From contig OZ076409.1 of assembly GCA_964187785.1 (NCBI GenBank), forward strand, positions 30,134,001 to 30,198,000: a stretch of DNA of 64,000 nt. The letters are read 5' to 3'. Source of the stretch: Amphiscolops sp. MND2022. Its lineage: Eukaryota. The notes under the pieces were generated by a model that made no database searches, was not told the origin of the DNA, and saw only the letters and a program-made list of their open reading frames with translations. Shown here one piece after another: positions 52,701 through 64,000 of the stretch (positions are counted from its first letter, which is position 1; each line of letters starts with the position of its first letter). A program made the translations under genes and the position numbers.

Positions 52701-55700
52701 TGCGAAGTCATAGTTTTTTTCATCGACATTCAAGTTTGGATGACTGCAGAATGTCAATTCCTCACCCGCAGTTTCTGTTTCGCTGGGACCAATTCTGGTT
52801 TTAACAATTTCGGTTTTCATATCGGATAGCCCACGAATTCCAGTTAATATTATATACAGATTCTTTCCCTTTCAATTTCAAAAGGTCAACCAATGTTTGG
52901 TCCACAAACGATACAGTGGAACCGGTATCACTGACACCTATCATCTCAACGCTTTTCTGCTTTCCGATTGAAATTGGTGTTAATTGTAAGAAACCACCAC
53001 CTCCCGCTGTGAGCAGCAGTAAAGTAACTGCCGGCCCTGTTTTGAGACAGGGATTCTTCAAATTTCTTGTCCTTTTCTGTTTTGGGAGAGTCCAAATGCA
53101 AAATCTTATGTTAGTGCATCCACTTTCTCCACAAACTCTTTTTGATTCACATTCTTTCATCAAATGTGAGTTTGAGCAACAAAAGCAAAATTTCAATTTC
53201 CTCAACGTTCCAAATCTTTCATTAACACTTAGTTGTTTCAACATAATACAAATCCAAAAATTTCCTCAAGGATCAAAAACTGAGGAAACAAAAGATAATA
53301 AACGTTGAGTGATATTTTGCGGACTTTTTTCGCTAGGTCCTCGGCATACTCGCAGACAATCTTTTTTGAATATCCACTCCAGACATAGATTAGGAGATGA
53401 TTCTGTGTTAAGCGTGAATTCGTTCGCTTCCAATCGATCTTCTACAGTGATTATTTGTAAAACTTCCGGACAATTGCTAGCCCATTTCTTTAATATGAAC
53501 TACTACGTTTGAGCGTTTTCACCCACTCTAGTAACACGAATTAGCAGTCTGAGGGCCACCAACACTTTTAGCAAGCTCGTCCATATAGAAGTTTCTTTCA
53601 ATGGTTAACGGTGCTGAAGGAAGATCAACTTTATTCTCTTCCTCCTTGTTGGAACCGGTACTTTGCACAGGTTGGAGAACTTTTTGACCAGAGCACGTGC
53701 CTGTTTTACTCCAACTCCAATATTGTCGCCATGATCATCTCCAATGAAAACGAATTACTTTGCAATGTTCTTTGGCAACCGCTACTTGCAAAAACAGGGA
53801 CTCACTATCAGCAGTTATCGCTATTTGATTTTCTCCAAACCTGAAAATAATTCCTTCTAAGTTGCGCAAAAATTAGGTCCGATGAGAAGTTTGTCATTCA
53901 GCGAAACGCTTTTGAACTTTGAAGCTTCATTACAAACTCTTCTGACCTTGCCTGGCTTGTGTGGATGCTCCACAGGATGCTGAGGTTAATACCATTGCAT
54001 ATCATTCTCTGTACTTACCACTTTTTTCAGTTTTCGTACAAAATGACTTTCCAAGTCCTCAATGGTGGCTTTGTAAGCTTCTTCTAAATGTGGATCCTTG
54101 CCTAATCGTTTATCCATTGACAGAAACTGTTGGTAACCAGAATAATAGTTATTCGGGAAATTGGGATTGTCGTCAACCCGGAGACGTCGCACGTCATAAC
54201 GTTCGCCGTTATGCCGTGTTGTGTTTTCAAGATCACTTGAGCTCTTTTTTCTTCCTTAGATCGTCCTGAGACATCACATACAGACGCGTAAGTCTCCATG
54301 TCCCACCATTTTTAAATCTGATCTGCTAAAGTATCAGATGGCACCGAAAGATTACAAGAAACTGCCATACAGTTTTGGGTGATGCTCCACTGACTGTCCA
54401 TCCTCAGGAGGTTTCGACCGCCCAAGGGTCATTTCTGTCACCTGACATATTTTCGAGATGTCTGATGACGTGATACGCATCTTGGCCAAGAATGACCTTC
54501 GCATCAGCTATTGAGAATTTTATATCCGTCAAATCGGTCATGTAAGCATAGTTCATATTTGTGAAGTCAGTTTTTTTCATCGACATTCAAGTTTGGATGA
54601 CTGCAGAATGTCAATTCCTCACCCGCAGTTTCTGTTTCGCTGGGACCAATTCTGGTTTCAACAATTTCGGTTTTCGTATCGGATAGCCCACGAATTCCAG
54701 GTAATAATATATACAGATTTTTTCCCTTTCAATTTCAAAAGGTCAACCAATGTTTGGTCCACAAATGATACAGTGGAACCGGTATCACAGACACCTATCA
54801 TCTCAACGCTTTTCTGCTTTCCGATTGAAATTGGTATTAATTGTAACAAACCACCACCTCCCGCTGTGAGCAGCAGTAAAGTAACTGCCGGCCCTGTTTT
54901 GAGACAGGGATTCTTCAAATTTCTTGTCCTTTTCTGTTTTGGGAGAGCCCAAATGCAATGTCTTGTTATGTTAGTGCATCCACTTACTCCGCAAACTCTT
55001 TTTGGTTCACATTCTTTCATCAAATGTGAGTTTGAGCAACAAAAGCAAAATTTCAATTTCCTCAACAATCCAAATCTTTCATTAACACTTAGTTGTTTCA
55101 ACATAATACAAATCCATAAATTTCCTCAAGGATCAAAAACTGAGGAAACAAAAGATAATACACGTTGAGTGATATTTTGCGGACTTTTTTCGCTAGGTCC
55201 TCGGCATACTCGCAGACAATCTTTATTGAATATCCACTCCAGACATAGATTAGGAGATGATTCTGTGTTAAGCGTGAATTCGTTCGCTTCTAATCGATCA
55301 TCTACAGTGGTTATTTGTAAAACTTCCGGGCAATTGCTAGCCCATTTCTTTAATGTGAACTACTACGTTTGAGCGTTTTCACCCACTCTAGTAACACGAA
55401 TTAGCAGTCTGAGGGCCACCAACACTTTTAGCAAGCTCGTCCATATAGAAGTTTCTTTCAATGGTTAACGGTGCTGAAGGAAGATCAACTTTATTCTCTT
55501 CCTCCTTGTTGGAACCGGTACTTTGCACAGGTTGGAGAACTTTTTGACCAGAGCACGTGCCTGTTTTACTCCAACTCCAATATTGTCGCCATGATCATCT
55601 CCAATGAAAACGAATTACTTTGCAATGTTCTTTGGCAACCGCTACTTGCAAAAACAGGGACTCAATATCAGCAGTTATCGCTATTTGATTTTCTCTAAAC

Positions 55701-58700
55701 CTGAAAATAATTCCTTCTAAGTAGCGCAACAAATGAGGTCCGATGAGAAGTTTGTCATTCAGCGAAACGCTTTTGAACTTTGAAGCTTCATTACAAACTC
55801 TTCTGACCTTGCCTGGCTTGTGTGGATGCTCCACAGGATGCTGAGGTGAATACCATTGCATATCATTCTCTGTACTTACCACTTTTTTCAGTTTTCGTAC
55901 AAAATGACTTTCCAAGTCCTCAATGGTGGCTTTGTAAGCTTCTTTCAAATGTGGATCCTTGCCTAATCGTTTATCCATTGACAGAAACTGTTGGTAACCA
56001 GAATAATAGTTTTTCGGGAAATTGGGATTGTCGTCAACCCGAGACGTCGCTCGTCATAACGTTCGCCGTTATGCCGTGTTGTGTTTTCAAGATCACTTGA
56101 GCTCTTTTTTCTTCCTTAGATCGTCCTGAGACATCACATACAGACGCGTAAGTCTCCATGTCCCACCATTTTTAAATCTGATCTGCTAAAGGATCAGATG
56201 GCATCGAAAGATTACAAGAAACTGCCATACAGTTTTGGGTGATGCTCCACTGACTGTCCATCCTCAGGAGGTTTCGACCGCCCAAGGGTCATTTCTGTCA
56301 CCTGACATATTTTCGAGATGTCTGATGACGTGATACGCATCTTGGCCAAGAATGACCTTCGCATCAGCTATTGAGAATTTTATATCCGTCAAATCGGTCA
56401 TGTAAGCATAGTTCATATTTGCGAAGTCATAGTTTTTTTCATCGACATTCAAGTTTGGATGACTGCAGAATGTCAATTCCTCACCCGCAGTTTCTGTTTC
56501 GCTGGGACCAATTCTGGTTTTAACAATTTCGGTTTTCATATCGGATAGCCCACGAATTCCAGGTAATAATATATACAGATTCTTTCCCTTTTAATTTCAA
56601 AAGGTCAACCAATGTTTGGTCCACAAACGATACAGTGGAACCGGTATCACTGACACCTATCATCTCAACGCTTTTCTGCTTTCCGATTGAAATTGGTGTT
56701 AATTGTAAGAAACCACCACCTCCCGCTGTGAGCAGCAGTAAAGTAACTGCCGGCCCTGTTTTGAGACAGGGATTCTTCAAATTTCTTGTCCTTTTCTGTT
56801 TTGGGAGAGTCCAAATGCAAAATCTTATGTTAGTGCATCCACTTTCTCCACAAACTCTTTTTGATTCACATTCTTTCATCAAATGTGAGTTTGAGCAACA
56901 AAAGCAAAATTTCAATTTCCTCAACGTTCCAAATCTTTCATTAACACTTAGTTGTTTCAACATAATACAAATCCAAAAATTTCCTCAAGGATCAAAAACT
57001 GAGGAAACAAAAGATAATACACGTTGAGTGATATTTTGCGGACTTTTTTCGCTAGGTCCTCGGCATACTCGCAGACAATATTTATTGAATATCCACTCCA
57101 GACATAGATTAGGAGATGATTCTGTGTTAAGCGTGAATTCGTTCGCTTCTAATCGATCTTCTACAGTGATTATTTGTAAAACTTACGGGCAATTGCTAGC
57201 CCATTTCTTTAATGTGAACTACTACGTTTGAGCGTTTTCACCCACTCTAGTAACACGAATTAGCAGTCTGAGGGCCACCAACACTTTTAGCAAGCTCGTC
57301 CATATAGAAGTTTCTTTCAATGGTTAACGGTGCTGAAGGAAGATCAACTTTATTCTCTTCCTCCTTGTTGGAACCGGTACTTTGCACAGGTTGGAGAACT
57401 TTTTGACCAGAGCACGTGCCTGTTTTACTCCAACTCCAATGTTGTCGCCATGATCATCTCCAATGAAAACGAATTACTTTGCAATGTTCTTTGGCAACCG
57501 CTCCTTGCAAAAACAGGGACTCAATATCAGCAGTTATCGCTATTTGATTTTCTCTAAACCTGAAAATAATTCCTTCTAAGTAGCGCAACAAATGAGGTCC
57601 GATGAGAAGTTTGTCATTCAGCGAAACGCTTTTGAACTTTGAAGCTTCATTACAAACTCTTCTGACCTTGCCTGGCTTGTGTGGATGCTCCACAGGATGC
57701 TGAGGTGAATACCATTGCATATCATTCTCTGTACTTACCACTTTTTTCAGTTTTCGTACAAAATGATTTTCCAAGTCCTCAATGGTGGCTTTGTAAGCTT
57801 CTTTCAAATGTGGATCCTTGCCTAATCGTTTATCCATTGACAGAAACTGTTGGTAACCAGAATAATAGTTATTCGGGAAATTGGGATTGTCGTCAACCCG
57901 GAGACGTCGCACGTCATAACGTTCGCCGTTATGCCGTGTTGTGTTTTCAAGATCACTTGAGCTCTTTTTTCTTCCTTAGATCGTCCTGAGACATCACATA
58001 CAGACGCGTAAGTCTCCATGTCCCACCATTTTTAAATCTGATCTGCTAAAGGATCAGATGGCACCGAAAGATTACAAGAAACTGCCATACAGTTTTGGGT
58101 GATGCTCCACTGACTGTCCATCCTCAGGAGGTTTCGACCGCCCAAGGGTCGTTTCTGTCACCTGACATGTTTTCGAGATGTCTCATGACGTGATACGCAT
58201 CTTGGCCAAGAATGACCTTCGCATCAGCTATTGAGAATTTTATATCCGTCAAATCGGTCATGTAAGCATAGTTCATATTTGTGAAGTCATAGTTTTTTTC
58301 ATCGACATTCAAGTTTGGATGACTGCAGAATGTTAATTCATCACCCGCAGTTTCTGTTTCGCTGGGACCAATTCTGGTTTTAACAATTTCGGTTTTCATA
58401 TCGGATAGCCCACGAATTCCAGGTAATAATATATTCAGATTCTTTCCCTTTCAATTTCAAAAGGTCAACCAATGTTTGGTCCACAAACGATACAGTGGAA
58501 CCGGTATCACAGACACCTATCATCTCTACGCTTTTCTGCTTTCCGATTGAAATTAAATTAGTATTAATTGTAAGAAACCACCACCTCCCGCTGTGAGCAG
58601 CAGTAAAGTAACTGCCGGCCCAGTTTTGAGACAGGGATTCCTCAAATTTCTTGTCCTTTTCTGTTTTGGGAGAGTCCAAATGCAAAATCTTGTTATGTTA

Positions 58701-61700
58701 GTGCATCCACTTACTCCGCAAACTCTTTTTGATTCACATTCTTTCATCAAATGTGAATTTGAGCAACAAAAGCAAAATTTCAATTTCCTCAACGTTCCAA
58801 ATCTTTCATTAACACTTAGTTGTTTCAACATAATACAAATCCAAAAATTTCCTCAAGGATCAAAAACTGAGGAAACAAAAGATATTACACGTTGAGTGAT
58901 ATTTTGCGGACTTTTTTCGCTAGGTCCTCGGCATACTCGCAGACAATCTTTATTGAATATCCACTCCAGACATAGATTAGGAGATGATTATGTGTTGAGC
59001 GTGAATTCGTTCGCTTCTAATCGATCTTCTACAGTGATTATTTGTAAAACTTCCGGACAATTGCTAGTCCATTTCTTTAATGTGAACTACTACGTTTGAG
59101 CGTTTTCACCCACTCTAGTAACACGAAATAGCAGGCTGGGGACTACGAAAACTTTAACAAGCTCGTCCATATAGAAGGTTCTTTCAATGGTTAACGGCGC
59201 TGAAGGAAAATCAACTTTATTCTCTTCCGCCTTGTTGGAACCCGTACCTTGCACAGCTTGGAGATCTTTTTGCCTCGATCACATGCCTGTTACCTCAAAA
59301 ACTCCATTATTGTCGTCATGGTCATCTCCAATGACAACGAAGTACTTTGCAATGATCTTTGGCAACTGCTACTTGCAAAAACATGGACTCAATAGCAGCA
59401 GTTATCGCTGTATGACTTTCGCTAAACCTGAAAATAATTCCTTCTAAGTTGCGCAACAAATGAGGTCCGATGAGAAGTTTGTCATTCAGCGAAACGCTTT
59501 TGAACTTTGAAGCTTCATTAAAAACTCTTCTGACCTTGCCTGGCTTGTGTGGATGCTCCACAGGATGCTGAGGTGAATACCATTGCATATCATTCTCTGT
59601 ACTTACCACTTTTTTTCAGTTTTCGTACAAAATGACTTTCCAAGTCCTCTATGGTGGCTTTGTAAGCTTCTTTCAAATGTGGATCCTTGCCTAATCGTTT
59701 ATCCATTGACAGAAACTGTTGGTAACCAGAATAATAGTTATTCGGGAAATTGGGATTGTCGTCAACCCGGAGACGTCGCACGTCATAACGTTCGCCGTTA
59801 TGCCGTGTTGTGTTTTCAAGATCACTTGAGCTCTTTTTTCTTCCTTAGATCGTCCTGAGACATCACATACAGACGCGTAAGTCTCCATGTCCCACCATTT
59901 TTAAATCTGATCTGCTAAAGGATCAGATGGCACCGAAAGATTACAAGAAACTGCCATACAGTTTTGGGTGATGCTCCACTGACTGTCCATCCTCAGGAGG
60001 TTTCGACCGCCCAAGGGTCGTTTCTGTCACCTGACATATTTTCGAGATGTCTGATGACGTGATACGCATCTTGGCCAAGAATGACCTTCGCATCAGCTAT
60101 TGAGAATTTTATATCCGTCAAATCGGTCATGTAAGCAAAGTTCATATTTGTGAAGTCATACTTTTTTTCATCGACATTCAAGTTTGGATGACTGCAGAAT
60201 GTCAATTCCTCACCCGCAGTTTCTGTTTCGCTGGGACCAATTGTGGTTGTTACAATTTCGGTTTTCATATCAGATAGCCCACGAATTCCAGGTGCTGACA
60301 TTACAGATTCTTTCCCTTTCAATTTCAAAAGGTCAACCAATGTTTGGTCCACAAACGATACAGTGGAACCGGTATCACAGACACCTATCGTCTCAACGCT
60401 TCTTAATTCCGATTGAAATTGGTATTAATTGTAAGAAACCACCATCTCCCGCTGTGAGCAGTGAAAAACTGCCGGCCCTGTTTTGAGACAGGGATTCTTG
60501 GGATTTCTTGTCCTTTTCTGTTTTGGTGAGAGTCCAAATGCAAAAGCTTGTTATGTTTCTTAGTGCGTCCACTTACTCCTCAAACTCTTTCCGATTTACA
60601 GTCTTTCATCAAATGCGAGTTTGAGCAAAAAAAGCAAAATTTCGATTTCCTCAAGGATCATTAACTGAGGAAACAAAAGGTGACACTACACGCTGAGTGA
60701 TATTTTGCCGACTTTTTTCGCTAAGTGCTCCAGATACTTGCAGACAATCTTCATCGGATATCCACTCCAGACATAGAAAAGGATATGATTCTGCGGTAAG
60801 CATGAGTTCGTTCGCTTCTAATCGATTTCTACCGGGATAATTTGTAAAACTTACGGACAATTGCTAGCCCATTTCTTCAATGTGAACCACTACGTTTGAG
60901 TGTTTTCACCAACTCTTGTAACACCCGATAGCAGCCTGAGGGCTAGCAACTCTTCTAACAAGCTTGTCCATATAGAAGTTTCTGTCAAAGGTTAACAGTG
61001 TTGAAGGAAAATCAACTTTATTCTCTTCCTCCTTGTTGGAACCCGTACTTTGCACAGGTTGGAGAATTTTTTGCCCCGAACACGTGCCTGTTATACTCAA
61101 AAACTCCAATATTGTCGTCATGATCATCTCCAATGAAAACGAAGTTCTTTCCTATGTTCTTTGGCAACCGCTACTCGCAAAAACATGGACTCAATATCAG
61201 CAGTTATCGCTATTTGATTTTCTCTAAACCTGAAAACAATTCCCACTAAGTTGTGCAACAAATGAGATCCGCTGAGAAGTTTGTCATTCAGCCAAACGCC
61301 TCTAAACTTTGAAGCTGCATTACAAACTCTTCTGATCTTGCCTGGCTTGTGTGGATGCTCGACAGGTTTATGACGTGAATACCATTGCATATCACTCTCT
61401 GTACTTACCACTTTTTTCAGTTTTCGTACAAAATGACTTTCCAAGTCCTCAATGGTGGCTTTGTAAGCTTCTTTCAAATGTGGATCCTTGCCTAATCGTT
61501 TATCCATTGACAGAAACTGTTGGTAACCAGAATAATAGTTATTCGGGAAAATGGGATTGTCGACAACCCGGAGACGTCGCACGTCATAACGTTCGCCGTT
61601 ATGCCGTGTTGTGTTTTCAAGATCACTTAAGCTCTTTTTTCTTCCTTAGATCGTCCTGAGACATCACATACAGACGCGTAAGTCTCCATGTCCCACCATT

Positions 61701-63574
61701 TTTTAATCTGATCTGCTAAAGGATCAGATGGCACCGAAAGATTACAACAAACTGCCATAAGGTTTTGGGTGATGCTCCACTGACTGTCCATCCTCAGGAG
61801 GTTTCGACCGCCCAAGGGTCATTTCTGTCACCTGACATATTTTCGAGATGTCTGATGACGTGATACGCATCTTGGCCAAGAATGACCTTCGCATCAGCTA
61901 TTGAGAATTTTATATCCGTCAAATCGGTCATGTAAGCATAGTTCATATTTGTGAAGTCATAGTGTTTTTCACCGACATTCAAGTTTGGATGACTGCAGAA
62001 TGTCAATTCCTCACCCGCAGTTTCTGTTTCGCTGGGGCCAATTATGGTTGTTACAATTTCGGTTTTCATATCAGATAGCCCACGAATTCCAGGTGCTGAC
62101 ATTACAGATTCTTTCCCTTTCAATTTCAAAAGGTCAACAAATGTTTGTCCACAAACGATACAGTGGAACCGGTATCACAGACACCTATCGTCTCAACGCT
62201 TCTTATTTCCGATTGAAATTGGTATCAACTGTAAGAAACCATCACCTCCCGCTGTGAGCAGTGAAAAACTCCCGGCCCTGTTTTGAGACAGGGATTCTTG
62301 GGATTTCTTGTTCTTTTCTGTTTTGGTGAGAGTCCAAATGCAAATGCTTGTTATGTTTCTTAGTGCGTCCACTTACTCCACAAACTCTTTCCGATTTACA
62401 GTCTTTCATCCAATGCGAGTTCGAGCAAAAAAGGCAAAATTTCAATTTCCTCAAGGATCATTAACTGAGGAAACAAAAGGTAACACTACACGCTGAGTGA
62501 TATTTTGCGGACTTTTTTCGCTAAGTGCTCCAGATACTTGCAGACAATCTTTATCGAATATCCACTCCAGACATAGAAAAGGATATGATTCTGCGGTAAG
62601 CCTGAGTTCGTTCGCTTCTAATCGATTTCTACCGGGATAATTTGTAAAACTTCCGGACAATTGCTAGCCCATTTCTTCAATGTGAACCACTACGTTTTAG
62701 CGTTTTCACCAACTCTTGTAACACGAGATAGCAGCCTGAGGGCTAGCAACTCTTCTAACAAGCTTGTCCATTTAGAAGTGTCTGTCAAAGGTTAACAGTG
62801 TTGAAGGAAAATCAACTTTATTCTCTTCCTCCTTGTTCGAACCCGTACTTTGCACAGGTTGGAGAATTTTTTGCCCGAACACGTGCCTGTTATACTCAAA
62901 AACTCCAATATTGTCGTCATGATCATCTCCAATGAAGACGAAGTTCTTTCCTATGTTCTTTGGAAACCGCTACGCGCAAAAACATGGACTCACTATCAGC
63001 AGTTATCGCTATTTCATTTTCTCTAAACCTGAAAACAATTCCCACTAAGTTGTGCAACAAATGAGATCCGCTGAGAAGTTTGTCATTCAGCCAAACGCCT
63101 CTAAACTTTGAAGCTGCATTACAAACTCTTCTGATCTTGCCTGGCTTGTGTGGATGCTCGACAGGATTATGACGTGAATACCATTGCATATCACTCTCTG
63201 TACTTACCACTTTTTTCAGTTTTCGTACAAAATGACTTTCGAAGTCCTGAATGATGGCTTTGTAAGCGTCTTTCAAATCTGGATCCTTGCCTAATCTTTT
63301 ATCCATTGACAGAAACTGTTGGTACGCAGAATAATAGTTATTCGGAAAATTGGGATTGTCGTCGGCCCGGAGACGTCCCACTTCATAAGGTTCGCCGTTA
63401 TGTCGTGTTGTGTTTTCCAAGATCCCTTGAGCTTTTTTCTTCCTTAGATCGTCCTGAGACATCACATACAGACGCGTAAGTCTGCATGTCCCACCATTTT
63501 TAATCTGATATGCTAAAGGATCAGATGGCACCGAAAGATTACAAGAAACTGCCATACAGTTTTGGGTGATTGTC

Positions 63575-64000
63575 TAATGAATATCTTTCATTAACACTTA
63601 GTCGTTTCAACATAGTACACATTAAAGTTTTTTGACAGCCATCCTTCAATGGACTTTGATTAGTGGGCGCTGAAGTTGTTTTTACTTTCATCATTCGATA
63701 TGAATGTTGAAGTCTTCACCTTTTCTGAAGAACTCTTGTTGTCTGAGGGTGATCGGAATAGTACCGTCATCTCATCGTGAACATAAGCAACTTCGTTGAG
63801 CCATTCGGTGAACTTACAATGATTACAACGGATTCTGAATACAAGTCTCCTGTGAAACCAAAATGTTTGAAAACATTGACCTAAGTAGTGGTTACCTGAG
63901 CGTACTTGATAATAGGCGCCGAGTCAGGCGACTTGATGAACGGGCTCAATTTAATTTGCTTAATCTGAGCACTGACAATTGTTTGTAAACGTCCGAAATT
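63575..64000 (-). pseudogene. BEL/Pao Gag upstream remnant, single copy, runs off the window edge
   Basis: The unit sequence CTMLKRLSVNERY is here preceded by non-repeated Gag-like peptides (PLKDGCQK, KFTEWLNEVAYVHDE, VNVFKHFGFTGDLYSES) instead of the RT FDP.G junction. Confidence 0.75.

Larger units (their letters stand above)
16041..63570 (-). repeat. Tandem array of ~24 units (mostly ~1.86 kb, deleted variants ~1.4-1.5 kb) derived from BEL/Pao Gag knuckle-protease-RT
   Basis: Junction marker GGATCAAAAACTGAGG or variants near 16041, 18743, 20601, 22722, 24579, 26438, 28302, 30337, 35221, 37030, 40514, 46773, 49362, 51415, 53269, 55129, 56988, 58857, 60654, 62454. Repeated motifs: KLCFCC..H...C...C....C, CDTGS, ILGQDAY, HPHKPGKVRRVCN.ASKF..VSLND.LL.GP, ADIE.MFLQV, FYMDE, FDP.G. 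Confidence 0.97.

Noticed and set aside
46513..62496. Plus-strand ORFs up to 191 aa (e.g. 54593-55168) as novel genes
   Set aside because: They are antisense shadows of the Gag-protease remnant and are broken at different places in different units.
16041..63570. Array as head-to-tail full retrotransposon insertions
   Set aside because: Units lack parent LTRs, RNase H, integrase and TSDs, and share one internal junction.

Overview
Eukaryotic (probably invertebrate animal), gene-free, repeat-dense window; none of the listed ORFs looks like an intact host gene. About 47.5 kb (~16,040-63,570) is a tandem array of roughly 24 degenerate ~1.86-kb units. Each unit is the Gag zinc-knuckle/protease/RT segment of a BEL/Pao LTR retrotransposon on the minus strand. 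The array sits between a single upstream Gag remnant (63.6-64.0 kb) and a single RNase H/integrase/PPT remnant (14.4-16.0 kb), so it looks like a macrosatellite that grew inside one element. Nested in it are two copies of a TA-flanked MITE at the same unit position, a second MITE, a 714-bp two-LTR mini retroelement, and a 4.9-kb Helentron/DINE-1-like element carrying a 104-bp satellite. The first 14 kb holds a ~1,052-bp tandem repeat, four short DINE-1/HINE-like elements, a second BEL/Pao remnant, and a 977-bp insert flanked by a 19-bp direct repeat. That insert is a 28S rRNA fragment that stops about 20 nt before the R2 target site, joined to non-rRNA sequence with an HDV-like ribozyme core. 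Coordinates were counted by eye and family assignments come from motif recognition, not database searches.
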